Shown here in pieces: positions 32,562-42,865 of a stretch of 64,000 nt of DNA. The DNA is taken from positions 482,997-546,996 of the forward strand of contig CAVVZJ010000014.1 in NCBI GenBank assembly GCA_963752755.1, in the 5' to 3' direction. The position numbers and the translations under genes were made by a program. The notes under the pieces are model-generated. The model saw only the letters and a program-made list of their open reading frames with translations. It was not told where the DNA came from and searched no databases. The DNA comes from an uncultured Planctomycetales bacterium. Its GTDB lineage: Bacteria > Planctomycetota > Planctomycetia > Isosphaerales > Isosphaeraceae. Position 1 is the stretch's first letter. Every line of letters starts with the position of its first letter.

Positions 32562-32600
32562 CCGGTTCCCCGATGTGGGGAGCCGGGGTTTTTGTGTTTT
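32562..32600 (+). terminator. Rho-independent terminator of the SPFH gene.
   Basis: CCCCGGTTCCCCgatgtGGGGAGCCGGGGtttttgtgttttct. Confidence 0.7.
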
Positions 32601-32612
32601 CTCGTCATTCGC

Positions 32613-34037
32613 TTATGCAATGATCTCGCGGACGATCCGGCCGTGGACGTCGGTGAGGCGGAAGGGACGGCCGGAGTAGCGGTAGGTCAGGCGTTCGTGG
32701 TTGAGGCCGAGGAGGTGGAGAATCGTGGCGTGGAGGTCGTGCATGTGGACGTGGTCTTGCACGGCCATGTGGCCGAACTCGTCGGTGGCCCCGAAGGCGA
32801 AGCCGGTCTTGACCCCGCCGCCGGCGAGCCAGACGGTGAAGCCGCCAGGGTTATGGTCGCGGCCCGTGCCGTTCTTCTCGGCGTAGGGGGTTCGCCCGAA
32901 CTCGCTGCCGAACCAGACGAGCGTATCATCGAGCAGGCCGCGGGCCTTGAGGTCGGCGAGCAGGCCGGCCACGGGCCGATCGACGGCTCGGGCGTGGTCG
33001 GCGTGCTTGGGGAGGTTGGAGTGCTGGTCCCAGGCGGGATTGGCGCTGTTGTCGCCGTAGGTCACCTGGACGAACCGGACGCCGGCCTCGCAGAAGCGGC
33101 GGGCGAGCAGGCACTGGCGGCCGAAGTTGTCGGTATCGGGGTTGCCAATGCCGTAAAGCTCGCGGGTAGCCTGCGACTCGGAGGTGAGGTCGAGCACGTC
33201 AGGGGCGTGAGATTGCATCCGCCACGCAAGTTCATACGAGGCGATGACGGCTTCCAACTCCGAGTCTCCAGGTCGGTCGGCAACCTGCTCGCGGTTGAGG
33301 GACTGGAGCAGTTCGAACTGGCGACGTTGGGCAGAGTCGGAGAGAGTCGAATTGGTCAGGTTGCGGAACATCGCCTGCGATGCGGGCGCACCGGCCTTCC
33401 CCAGCGGAGTGCCTTGATAGACGGCCGGGAGAAAGGCGTTGCCGTAATTGCGAGCGCCGCCATTGCCCGCGGAGGGGCCGATCGTGACGAAGCCGGGGAG
33501 GTTGGCATTCTCGGTGCCGAGGCCGTAGAGGACCCAGGAGCCCATCGAGGGCCGCACGGAGGTCGTCGATCCGCAATGCAGGAACAAGGTCGCCGGTCCG
33601 TGGGCCACGCCCTCGGTGCTGACGGCGTGGAGGAAGCAGAGGTCATCGACGTGACCGTTGATCTCGGGGAAAAGCTCCGATCCCCAACGTCCACTTTCGC
33701 CATGCTGCTGGAACTTCCAGGGTGACTTCATCACTCGTTGCGACGATCCCCTCATCCCCGTGTTGGCCAAAACGCGGGCGTCGTCGAACGGCATCTGCTT
33801 GCCGTCGTCCTTCGCCAGCCTCGGCTTGTAGTCGAACGAATCGACCTGGCTGACCCCGCCTTGCATGAACAGGAAGATCACCCGCTTGGCCCTCGGCGGG
33901 AAGTGACCCGGCTTCGGGGCGAGCGGGTCAGCCGACCCGGCGGCGGCCTGTTCGGTGGCGAGACCGGCGAGGGCGAGGTAGCCGAAGCCGCAGGCGGCGC
34001 CCTTCAGGAGGTCGCGACGGCGGAGGGGCTGGGGCAT
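32613..34037 (-). CDS. DUF1501 domain protein (TAT signal), intact 474 aa.
   Basis: MPQPLRRRDLLKGAACGFGYLALAG… (twin-arginine). …VIFLFMQGGVSQVDSFDYKP… …GRDHNPGGFTVWLAGGGVKTG…. Confidence 0.8.
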   Translation of the reverse strand: MPQPLRRRDLLKGAACGFGYLALAGLATEQAAAGSADPLAPKPGHFPPRAKRVIFLFMQGGVSQVDSFDYKPRLAKDDGKQMPFDDARVLANTGMRGSSQRVMKSPWKFQQHGESGRWGSELFPEINGHVDDLCFLHAVSTEGVAHGPATLFLHCGSTTSVRPSMGSWVLYGLGTENANLPGFVTIGPSAGNGGARNYGNAFLPAVYQGTPLGKAGAPASQAMFRNLTNSTLSDSAQRRQFELLQSLNREQVADRPGDSELEAVIASYELAWRMQSHAPDVLDLTSESQATRELYGIGNPDTDNFGRQCLLARRFCEAGVRFVQVTYGDNSANPAWDQHSNLPKHADHARAVDRPVAGLLADLKARGLLDDTLVWFGSEFGRTPYAEKNGTGRDHNPGGFTVWLAGGGVKTGFAFGATDEFGHMAVQDHVHMHDLHATILHLLGLNHERLTYRYSGRPFRLTDVHGRIVREIIA

Positions 34038-34079
34038 GGTCGTTTCTCCGGCGCGGGGCGGGTTTGTCTCGGGGGAAGA

Positions 34080-34502
34080 TCAGGGGTCCTTCCGTTCGGT
34101 CTCGGGCTCCGGGATCGAACTAGTAAACTGCTCGGGGATGCCCGGTTTCTCCGGCATCCTCGATCGGATCTCGTGAACCAGAGACTTCAACGAGCTGCCG
34201 GTGGTCCACCAGCGAACCAGAGAGATCAGTCCTTGCAGGAAGAGAAGCCAGAACGCAATCCAATAGCCGTAATAGATGCGATCATTCTTGATCTCGACGG
34301 TCTGGAGTGTGAGGAAGACAGTCAGGGCAGCCGGTAGCAGAGCTAGTGCGAAACTCAGGTGGACTTGCCCCGGTGGCCCATCTTCGAGCCTTTCCAGTTC
34401 GGCCTCGGAGATCTCGTAAACCTTCAATTCTCCCAGGGGTGCGTAGCGGACCACCGGCGGAGCGGGGCGATTCTCGCTCGATTTGCGTGCGGCCACATTC
34501 AC
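34080..34502 (-). CDS. Small 2-TM membrane protein (140 aa), hypothetical.
   Basis: Two hydrophobic helices (LSFALALLPAALTVFLTLQTV; IYYGYWIAFWLLFLQGLISLV). Start overlaps the upstream gene's stop by 4 nt, suggesting translational coupling. Confidence 0.5.
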   Translation of the reverse strand: MNVAARKSSENRPAPPVVRYAPLGELKVYEISEAELERLEDGPPGQVHLSFALALLPAALTVFLTLQTVEIKNDRIYYGYWIAFWLLFLQGLISLVRWWTTGSSLKSLVHEIRSRMPEKPGIPEQFTSSIPEPETERKDP

Positions 34503-34777
34503 CTCGCAGCTTCAGCGCCCTGCAGGACCCTGAGCCCGGCCCGGACCTTCCCGGCAAAGCCTCCGAGATCGACGACAACCTGCCAACGTCCGCGACTCGG
34601 CGGGACCAGACGAGCCGGCGAGGTCGTGGCCAGACCGCCATGATAGCGGAACGATTCGCCACGGCGGTACCGATCAAAGTTCTCCGAATCCAGGAGCATA
34701 ACGTTCGCCTGCCCGTCGAGAGCGACCTCGACGACATCGTCGGGACCGATTTCGAGTTCCTGATGCAGATATTTCAT
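34499..34777 (-). CDS. DUF1883-like small protein (~92 aa).
   Basis: MKYLHQELEIGPDDVVEVALDGQANVMLLDSENFDRYRRGESFRYHGGLATTSPARLVPPSRGRWQVVVDLGG… matches my memory of the DUF1883 pattern (…VVEVTL…ANVRLMDsSNF…YRRG…YyGGL…SP.RL.iP..GhWhVvVDl.G…). Confidence 0.55.
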   Translation of the reverse strand: MKYLHQELEIGPDDVVEVALDGQANVMLLDSENFDRYRRGESFRYHGGLATTSPARLVPPSRGRWQVVVDLGGFAGKVRAGLRVLQGAEAAR

Positions 34778-34891
34778 GGCCTTGGTTCCACGAGAATGAT
34801 CCCTTGCTAGACTCCCCTCCATTCTAACTCGCGACCGAGTGGTTGGTGGATCGCCAGACTCACACTCGGAGGACCACACCGTCGCCCCAAT

Positions 34892-37700
34892 CTACTCCAG
34901 ATGGCGGAAATCGATGGAGGCGAACAACGCCTGGAAGAGCATCGCCCAGGCGTCTTCGGGACGAGACGAAACCCCTTCATCAAGGAAGCGGAGGGCGAGA
35001 CGGCGTTCCGCCTCGTTCGGTCGGCGGCCGAGGGTCAGGAGATAAGCGCGATCCAGGCGGGACGAGTCGCCGGGTTCGGACGAGGCCAGGAGGCGTTTCG
35101 CGGCGTGGCGGGCGTGTTCCATGACGAAAGGGCTGTTCATCAGAAAGAGAGCCTGCGGGGCGACGGTGCTGGAATTACGGCGGCCGACGACGAGGCTGGG
35201 GTCGGCGAAGTCGAAGACCTCGAAGAGGTCGGGCAGGGCGTTGCGGAAGACGGGGACATACACGCTGCGTCGGGGGAGGGCATCCTGGTAGCCGTAATCG
35301 GCGGCGAGGCCGGGGGGGAAGTTGGGACCGCCCATCGTGTCGAGGAGCTGGCCGGAGACAGAGAGGATCGAGTCGCGGAGTTCTTCGGCTTCGAGGCGGC
35401 GGCGGTTGTGGCGCCAGAGGAGGCGGTTCTCGGGGTCGGCGGCGAGGGAAGCGGGGTCGTCGAGGGTGGAGAGGCGGTAGGTGCGGGAGAGGACGATCCG
35501 GCGGACGAGGGACTTGATCGACCAGTCTTCCTGCAGGAAGCGGACGGCGAGGTGGTCGAGCAGCTCGGAGTGGGACGGGGATTCGCCCGTCGTGCCGAAG
35601 TTGTCCACGGTGCGGACGAGGCCGGAGCCAAGGAGCCAGTGCCAGGTCCGATTGACGATCACGCGGGCGGTCAACGGATTGTCGGGGCTGGCGAGCCAGT
35701 TGGCGAGTTGCAGGCGACCGCTGGAGTCGGAGGGCATGGGCGGCGGGGTGCCGTAAGCCGCCACGCGGAGGAAGCCGCGGGGGACGGGCTCGCCGAGACG
35801 ATGGACGCTGCCGCGGATGTGGATGCGGGTCTCGGAGATCGTCTCCTTCTCGACGACGGACATGACCATCGGGCGTTTCGGGCCGTCGGCCTTGAGATGC
35901 TCAAGCTCGGATTCGAGCCGTTTCAGGGCCTTGGCGGCTTCATGGGACGAGTTCTCATCCGCTTCCCGAGCGACCTGTTCGACGGGGAGGAACTGGACCG
36001 CGTCGGCGGTGACATGACCGGAGGTGCCATCGTTGGCGATCAGGACATAGGCGAGGCCATCCTTCTCGAATCGGTAGCGGCCGAGGGAGGCGAAGCGGCC
36101 GGCGATCGGAGGGGCGGATTTCATGTCGAGGGTGACGGGCTTCTCACCGTCGGCGCTGCCGATCGTGATCGGGACGTTCGTGGCGCGGCTTCCGCCGGGG
36201 GAGTAGGCGAGGCGGACCTCGTAGAGGCCGGGTTCGAGGTGCTCGGGCTCGAAGGTCAGGCTCTTGGAGCCCTTGTCGGCGTTGTCGTCGTGGAGGTAGC
36301 CGGAACCGATGAAGGAGCCGGAATATCGGGATTCCTTCCAGAAGCCGACCTTGCGGGCCTTCGTGTCGTCCACAACGACGCCGGGCAGGTCCGAGGCGGC
36401 GACGACGCCGACGGCGCCTTTCCCCTTCAGGCGGGAACGCTCGTCTTTGATGCGGGCCTCCAGCTCGGCGAGGCGGGACTCGTGAGCGGCCAACGCGGCT
36501 TCTTCCTCGGGAGGAAGAGGCATCGGGCGTTCGAGCCATTTCGAGACGTTGGCATGTTCGAGAGTCTGGACGTTGGCCAGGATGCCGGCGATGGCGTAGT
36601 AGTCGGCGGTCGGGATCGGGTCGAACTTGTGGTCGTGGCAGCGGGCGCAGGCGATCGTCTGGGCGAGGAAGACTTTTCCAAGGGTGTCGATCTGCTCATT
36701 GACGACATCCATTTCGAGCTGCTTCTTGTCCTGTTCTTCGAGGTTGGTGTTGCCGAGGGTGAGGAAGGTGGTGGCGACGAGGTTGCGTTGGCGGTCGTCG
36801 AGGGAACCGGCGGGCAGGAGGTCGCCAGCAATCTGCTCGCGGACGAAGTCGCGGTAAGGGCGGTCGGCGTTGAAGGTGGCGATGACGTAGTCGCGGTAGC
36901 GCCAGGCTTCGTCAAAGACGAAGCCACGGAGGGTGAGCGACTCGGCGAAGCGGGCCACGTCGAGCCAGTGGCGTCCCCAGCGTTCGCCGAAGCGAGGCGA
37001 GGCGAGCAGACGATCGACGAGGCGTTCGTAGGCGTCGGGGGCTGGGTCGTTGAGGAAGGCAGCAAGTTCCTCGGGGGTCGGCGGGAGGCCGGTCAGGTCG
37101 TAGGAAAGGCGACGGGCGAGGGTGGCGCGGTCGGCCTCGGGGACGGGTCGGAGTCCCTTTGATTTGAGGCGGGCGAGGAGGAAGTGGTCGATCTCGTTGA
37201 GTGGCCAGGAGGCGTCGCGGACAGAGGGAACTGGCACATCTCGGGGCTGTTGATAGGCCCAGTGAGAGCGGGCCGCTTCGAGGTCGAACGTCCTGGGAAG
37301 GGATGGGGCCGGTGTGGTCGCGGCAACACGGGGGTCGGGAGCACCGCGGTTGACCCAGCCGGTGAGGTCGGCAATCACGGCGTCGGGAAGCTTGCCCGAG
37401 GGGGGCATGTGGATGGCGTCGTCGTAGCGAATGACCTGGATCAAGAGGCTGTCGTCGGCGCGGCCGGGCTCGATCGCGGGGCCGCTGTCGCCCCCCTGGA
37501 GGAGGGCGTCCTTCGTGTCGAGTCGCAGGCCGCCCTTGAGCTTGCCGGCGGCCTTGGCCTCGGCGGAGTGGCACTTGTAACAGTGCTCGACCAGGACGGG
37601 GCGGACCTTCGACTCGAAGAGGGCGAGGCCGTCGTCATCGGCCCGGGACCGGCGAGGCAAGAGCCAGGAAGAGCGTCGCGACGAGGGCGGGCCAGCGCAT
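34892..37700 (-). CDS. Planctomycete PSD-type protein: signal peptide + PSCyt (CxxCH) + DUF1549/DUF1553. N-terminal frameshift near ~37640.
   Basis: Signal MRWPALVATLFLALASPVPG in ORF 37635..37829. …LVEHCYKCHSAEAKAAGKLKGGLRLD… …WLDVARFAESLTLRGF… …CARCHDHKFDPIPTADYY…. DUF1553 tail in the 996-aa ORF. Confidence 0.75.
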
Positions 37701-37900
37701 CGGGTCACACCTTCCGCGGTTTGGAGTCGCGTGGGTTCCGTCGGCCTGCGTGGTCCTGGTGAGGATGAGCCGGATACCGGGCTGTCGGGGCAGGGAGACG
37801 GTTTGCTCGGGCGGGTCAGACCCATCCATGATAACGCGATCCCGCCCCGATTGGCCAGGGGCAAAGCCGAGCCTGCCTGCATCGAGCGGTCAACGAATCC

Positions 37901-39043
37901 TCAAGATCGGAGCCAGCGGTCGAACCAGGCGAAGGCTTCCTCCTGCATCTTGAGGTCAAACTTGTGCTCGCCGGGATAGAACGAGGCATGGTAGCGATCC
38001 GCAGCGCCTGCCTTGGCATAGACGCCGCCGAGGATGCGGTCGGCGCGGTGCATCTCAGGAGGGGTGAAGAGGTCGTCGTCATCGTTATTGAGCACGAGAG
38101 TCGGCTTCGGGACGCGAAGGCCGAGGACCTCGGGGTAATCGAGGTCGAGGGGCAGGCCGGGGATGTAGCACATCCAGGTGTGAGTGTAGCACTTGTTGAG
38201 GAGGTAATCGCGCCAGGTGGTCATCATGCCGACGCAGCAGGCGCAGGCGATCCGCTCATCGAGTCCGCCGAGATAGACGGTCCGCAGGCCGCCGCCGGAA
38301 AGGCCACCGCAGCCGACGCGGTCGGGATCGACGTCGGGGCGGGAACAGAGGTAGTCGAGAGCTCGCTGGTCCTCGGAGATGAAGACGCCGGGCCAGGTGG
38401 TACCGGCGCTGAAGAGGCTCTTGGCCATGATGTGTTCATGTTCCGAGGCGAACTTGTTATACGCTTCGATCTCGGAGACGGACTCCGGGTCAACCTCCTT
38501 GAGATCCTTGCGCAGACGTTCCGGTACGTCGGCGACGCGGACGCGGCGGCTGGCGAAGGCGAAGGTGTCGTGGACGAGGACGACATAACCGCGCCTGGCG
38601 AGTTCATTGGCCCAGCTCACGCCGCCGTAATACTCGTCGCGGTGGCCTCGCATGATCGGGTGGAGGTCGTCGCTCATCTGGGCGATCTTGCGATAGCCGA
38701 AGTACTTGTTGCCGCCGTGGTCGTGGAGGCCGAGGACGGCGGGGAGACGACCGCTCGCCCCGGCAGGTTTCAGGAGGAGGGCCTCGGTGGGGGGGCCGTA
38801 GGGGAGCTGCCAGGTGAGGTGCTCGACGTGCAATCCGTCATATTCGAGCTGGTGCTGAAGCTTCACCTCGGGGACGCCGCCGGTGTCGGGCTGCAAGAGG
38901 CAATCGATGAGGCGCTGGCGGGCCTGGGGACGCCAGGTTTCGACGTCGTCGAAACGCGGCTGTCGGAACGAGAGGCGGGCGGGACCTTCGCCGGTCAGCG
39001 AGGCGGCCCAGGGGCCATAGGCCCCGATCATGTTGGGTTCCAT
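37901..39043 (-). CDS. Alpha/beta-hydrolase (dienelactone hydrolase / acetyl-xylan-esterase-like).
   Basis: …LGLHDHGGNKYFGY… …VGCGGLSGGGLRTVYLGGLDERIACA… (GxSxG nucleophile elbow), ~380 aa. Confidence 0.6.
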   Translation of the reverse strand: MEPNMIGAYGPWAASLTGEGPARLSFRQPRFDDVETWRPQARQRLIDCLLQPDTGGVPEVKLQHQLEYDGLHVEHLTWQLPYGPPTEALLLKPAGASGRLPAVLGLHDHGGNKYFGYRKIAQMSDDLHPIMRGHRDEYYGGVSWANELARRGYVVLVHDTFAFASRRVRVADVPERLRKDLKEVDPESVSEIEAYNKFASEHEHIMAKSLFSAGTTWPGVFISEDQRALDYLCSRPDVDPDRVGCGGLSGGGLRTVYLGGLDERIACACCVGMMTTWRDYLLNKCYTHTWMCYIPGLPLDLDYPEVLGLRVPKPTLVLNNDDDDLFTPPEMHRADRILGGVYAKAGAADRYHASFYPGEHKFDLKMQEEAFAWFDRWLRS

Positions 39044-39238
39044 CTGAGGATTGCTCCGGGGCGAGGGGACCGGTCGCGTCGGGGCCATTGCACTCGAAGG
39101 GGCACGTGGAGGCAAGGCGTCGGCGGGAGAGTGGGAGGATCACCCTGGGCCGGTACGGACGCTCCTTGCCCGGCGGGACAGGCGGGGTTAACTTCGGTTG
39201 TCGAGCTCGAAGAGTGTCCCGGAATGCGGGGGCGAGGG

Positions 39239-40450
39239 ATGGATTTCGCGATCCCCGAGGCCATCCGACCGATCCTGGCAGCCGTGCGCGACCTGATCGA
39301 GCGCGAGGTGATCCCGCTTGAGCAGAGCCTCGGCTCGCGACCGTTCGCGGAACTGGAGCCGGAGCTGGCCAGGGTGCGGGAACGTGCGAAGGAAAAGGGG
39401 ATCTGGGCGCCCCAGTCTCCGAGCGACTGGGGAGGTATGGGCCTGAGCCTGCTGGAATATGGGCTGGTCGCGGAGGAGCTGGGGCGAAGTCCGCTCGGTC
39501 ATTACGCGGTGAATGCGCAGGCGCCGGATGCCGGCAACATGGAGATCCTCCGCGAGTTCGGCAACGAGGAGCAGCGTCGGAATTGGCTGGAACCGCTGAT
39601 GCGGGGCGAAATCCGCAGTTGCTTCGCGATGACGGAGCCGGATCATCCTGGGTCGAACCCGACGTGGATGGGCACCGTCGCAACCCGCGAGGGGGACGGG
39701 TACGTGATCCATGGTCGCAAGTGGTTCGCCTCAGCGGCCGACGGGGCGAGTTTCACGATCGTGATGGTCGTGACGGAGCCGGACGCGCCACCACATCGAC
39801 GGGCCAGCCTTCTGATCGTACCCAACGACACACCCGGATATCGGCGCGTCCGCAATATCCCCTGCATGGGCCATGCCGGCGACGGCTGGGCGAGCCATGC
39901 CGAGCTGGCGTTTGAGGCGTGTCGGGTCCCGGTGGGGAACTTGCTAGGTGAGCCGGGAGCCGGGTTCGCGATCGCCCAGGCAAGACTTGTGCCGGGGCGG
40001 ATTCACCATGCGATGCGCTGGATCGGTGTGGCTGGCCGGGCGTTCGATCTTCTGTGCAAGAGGGCGGCCTGCCGAGAGATCGCGCCCGGGGAGTTGCTCG
40101 GGAGCCGGCAGGCGGTTCAAGGCTGGATCGCCGAGAGTCGGGCCGAGATTCACGCCGCCAGGCTCGCCGTGCTGCATGCCGCCTGGACGATCGACCATGC
40201 CGGCCCTGCGTCGGCGCGGGAGGAAATCTCGCTGGTGAAGTTCCATGCGGCAGGTGTCATGCTCCGCGTAATCGACCGGGCCATCCAGGCTCACGGCGCA
40301 CTCGGGATCAGCGACGATACGGTCCTCGCCTGGTTTTACCGGCACGAGCGCGCGGCTCGGATCTACGATGGGCCGGACGAGGTCCACAAGGTCGCGGCGG
40401 CCCGGAGCATCCTGAAACGCTATGTCGAGGAGCCCGCGGAACGACCTTGA
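39239..40450 (+). CDS. Acyl-CoA dehydrogenase family protein.
   Basis: …SCFAMTEPDHPGSNP… …GRKWFASAADGASF… …LVKFHAAGVMLRVIDRAIQAHGALGISDD… typical ACAD architecture, ~404 aa. Confidence 0.75.
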   Translation: MDFAIPEAIRPILAAVRDLIEREVIPLEQSLGSRPFAELEPELARVRERAKEKGIWAPQSPSDWGGMGLSLLEYGLVAEELGRSPLGHYAVNAQAPDAGNMEILREFGNEEQRRNWLEPLMRGEIRSCFAMTEPDHPGSNPTWMGTVATREGDGYVIHGRKWFASAADGASFTIVMVVTEPDAPPHRRASLLIVPNDTPGYRRVRNIPCMGHAGDGWASHAELAFEACRVPVGNLLGEPGAGFAIAQARLVPGRIHHAMRWIGVAGRAFDLLCKRAACREIAPGELLGSRQAVQGWIAESRAEIHAARLAVLHAAWTIDHAGPASAREEISLVKFHAAGVMLRVIDRAIQAHGALGISDDTVLAWFYRHERAARIYDGPDEVHKVAAARSILKRYVEEPAERP

Positions 40451-40468
40451 GTCGAGGGAGGTCCGACC

Positions 40469-41530
40469 ATGTTGCCAACCAGTGACGAGCCGCGGTCCGT
40501 ACGGACTGGCGAGGAACTGGACGTTCTCCGACTGGGCGAATATCTCGCCGAACACCTGGCTGGCTGGGAAGGGCCGATCGTCGTCGAGCAGTTCCCGTCG
40601 GGCTATTCGAACCTCACGTACCTGATCCGCACGCCGGACCGCGAGCTGGTCCTGCGACGGCCGCCGCTCGGGAACCGGGTCAAGTCGGCGCACGACATGG
40701 GCCGGGAATATCGGGTGCTCTCGCATCTCAGCCAGGTCTACGAGCCAGCACCGAAGCCGGTCCTCTTCTGTGAGGAAGCCTCGGTGATCGGTGCGCCGTT
40801 CTTCCTGATGGAGCGACGGCGAGGGACGATCCTCCGAGGCTCCAGGGGAGGCCCGACATCACCACAGGAAGTGAGGCGGCTCAACGAGACGCTCGTCGAG
40901 GGCCTGGCTCGGCTGCATGCAATCGATTACGTCGCCACTGGTCTTGGCAATTTGGGGAAACCCGAGGGGTTCGTCGATCGCCAGGTGACGGGCTGGGCCC
41001 ATCGCTACCAGGACGCCCGGACGGATCCGGTCCCCAGGTTGGAACGGGTCGCGGCCTGGCTGGCAGAGAACCGACCGGGCGAGTCGGGCGCGGCCTTGAT
41101 CCACAATGATTACAAGTTCGACAACCTCGTGCTCGACCCCGACGACCCGGGTCGGATTGTCGCCGTTCTCGACTGGGAGATGGCCACGATCGGTGACCCT
41201 CTGATGGACCTGGGAACGACGCTCGGCTACTGGATCGAACCGGACGACCCCGCGCCCCTGAAGGCCCTCGTCGTCGGCCCGACCGATCGGCCGGATAGCC
41301 TGAGCCGTCGCGAGGTGGTCGAGCGGTACGCGACGGAGACGGGTCGCGAGCTGGGTGACATGCGATTCTACTCCGCCTTCGGACGATTCAAGATCGCTGT
41401 GATCGCGCAGCAGATCTACGCTCGATATGTCCGCGGCTTGACCCGGGACGAGCGGTTCGCCAGGCTTGGCGAGGCGGTGGCGGCACTCGGGGACGCGGCG
41501 TCGGAGACGATCGAGTCGGGGCGCATCTGA
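40469..41530 (+). CDS. Phosphotransferase-family protein (APH/choline-kinase-like; the type commonly adjacent to ACADs).
   Basis: …[16 protein letters not shown]… …[14 protein letters not shown]… (Brenner/HxDxxxxN catalytic motif) …[13 protein letters not shown]…. Confidence 0.7.
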   Translation: MLPTSDEPRSVRTGEELDVLRLGEYLAEHLAGWEGPIVVEQFPSGYSNLTYLIRTPDRELVLRRPPLGNRVKSAHDMGREYRVLSHLSQVYEPAPKPVLFCEEASVIGAPFFLMERRRGTILRGSRGGPTSPQEVRRLNETLVEGLARLHAIDYVATGLGNLGKPEGFVDRQVTGWAHRYQDARTDPVPRLERVAAWLAENRPGESGAALIHNDYKFDNLVLDPDDPGRIVAVLDWEMATIGDPLMDLGTTLGYWIEPDDPAPLKALVVGPTDRPDSLSRREVVERYATETGRELGDMRFYSAFGRFKIAVIAQQIYARYVRGLTRDERFARLGEAVAALGDAASETIESGRI

Positions 41531-41555
41531 GGGTCGAACCGAGGAAGGAGGAGCC

Positions 41556-42317
41556 ATGAGCGGCTCTTTTGATCTGTCGGGGCGGGTAGCGATCGTGACG
41601 GGCGGTGGCCGGGGAATCGGCCGGGCGATTGCCGATCGACTCGCGGCGGCCGGGGCGGGCGTCGCAATCGCCAGCCGCAAGCGGGAGAACCTGGAGGCGA
41701 CCGCTCGCGAACTCGCCGACCGGCCGGGCCAGGTCGTGCCGATCGAGTGCCACGTCGGCCGGGTAGAACAGATCGAACGGCTCGTGCGCGAGGTCGAGGA
41801 ACGGCTCGGCCTGGTGGACATCCTCGTCAACAACAGCGCCACGAATCTCGGCCAGGGGCCGGCGCTGGACGTGACTGACGAGATGCTCGACAAGATGGTG
41901 GAGGTCAACGTCAAGGCGGCGGTCCGCCTGATCCGGCTCTTGGTGCCCAAGATGATCGAACGCAGACGCGGCTCGATCATCAACATCACCTCAATCTCCG
42001 GCCTCCAGCCCCAGCCCGGCGGTCTGCTTTACAGCGGCACGAAGGCCATGCTCCTCATGATGACCCGTTGCTGGGCCCGCGAGTTCGGCCAGTACGGGGT
42101 CCGCGTCAACTCGATTGCGCCCGGACTGATCCAGACCGACTTCAGCGCCTATTTCTGGCAGGATGAAGCACGTCGCCAGGAATACCTGCAAGGCCAGGCG
42201 ATCGGACGTCTCGGACAGCCGGACGACGTCGGCGGCCTGGCACTCTACCTGGCTTCGGATGAGTCCTCGTTCGTCACAGGACAGGTCTTCGTCGTGGACG
42301 GTGGGGCGACAGCCTGA
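41556..42317 (+). CDS. SDR-family oxidoreductase (FabG-like).
   Basis: …[18 protein letters not shown]… (TGxxxGxG). …NNSA… …YSGTKAM… (YxxxK). Confidence 0.8.
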   Translation: MSGSFDLSGRVAIVTGGGRGIGRAIADRLAAAGAGVAIASRKRENLEATARELADRPGQVVPIECHVGRVEQIERLVREVEERLGLVDILVNNSATNLGQGPALDVTDEMLDKMVEVNVKAAVRLIRLLVPKMIERRRGSIINITSISGLQPQPGGLLYSGTKAMLLMMTRCWAREFGQYGVRVNSIAPGLIQTDFSAYFWQDEARRQEYLQGQAIGRLGQPDDVGGLALYLASDESSFVTGQVFVVDGGATA

Positions 42318-42369
42318 CAATCCCATCCGTCCGGACCTCCGTCCCAGGACCGGTCGATCCGTCGCATCA

Positions 42370-42673
42370 AGGTTCGATCATCACGACCGGTCATCCCACA
42401 CATGCGATCGGTCGGGTGAGCAAGGACAAAGCGGTCGAGGGAGACGCCGAGTCCTGGACCGTCAGGCACGATGATCCAACCGTCGCGTATCGGGCCTTCG
42501 AGGATGTTGGCGTCCTCGACGAGCCAAAGGGCGTGCGTGTTGCCGTTCCAGGTCTTGCCGGCTACGCTCCGTCGCAGGGCCCCAAGCCCGAACCATGACC
42601 ATCGCCACAAATCAGTCCTGGGGTGGAAGTTGAGGATAGCGAGGAACGGCTCATCGATCCTTTCCCGGTCCAC
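42370..42673 (-). CDS. Hypothetical small protein (weak call).
   Basis: ORF 42245..42673. N-terminal ~100 aa (MDRERIDEPFLAILNFHPRTDLWRW…NGNTHALWLVEDANILEGPIRDGWIIVPDGPGLGVSLDRF) is protein-like. The 3' end overlaps the SDR gene antisense. Confidence 0.2.
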
Positions 42674-42865
42674 TCCTCACCACCCTTCCCTCCCTCCTGT
42701 TGGGAATCTAGGCAAACTACGGAACCGCAATCGCCGTAACCTGAAAACCTCGGATTGGAGAACCCGCGTTTTCGACCGATAATTGAGGAGATGCGACTGC
42801 TCGCGGCTGGCGCATCGACGGGATGAGATGACGCGACGAACGACGGGGCCTTCAGGAACCCGAAC

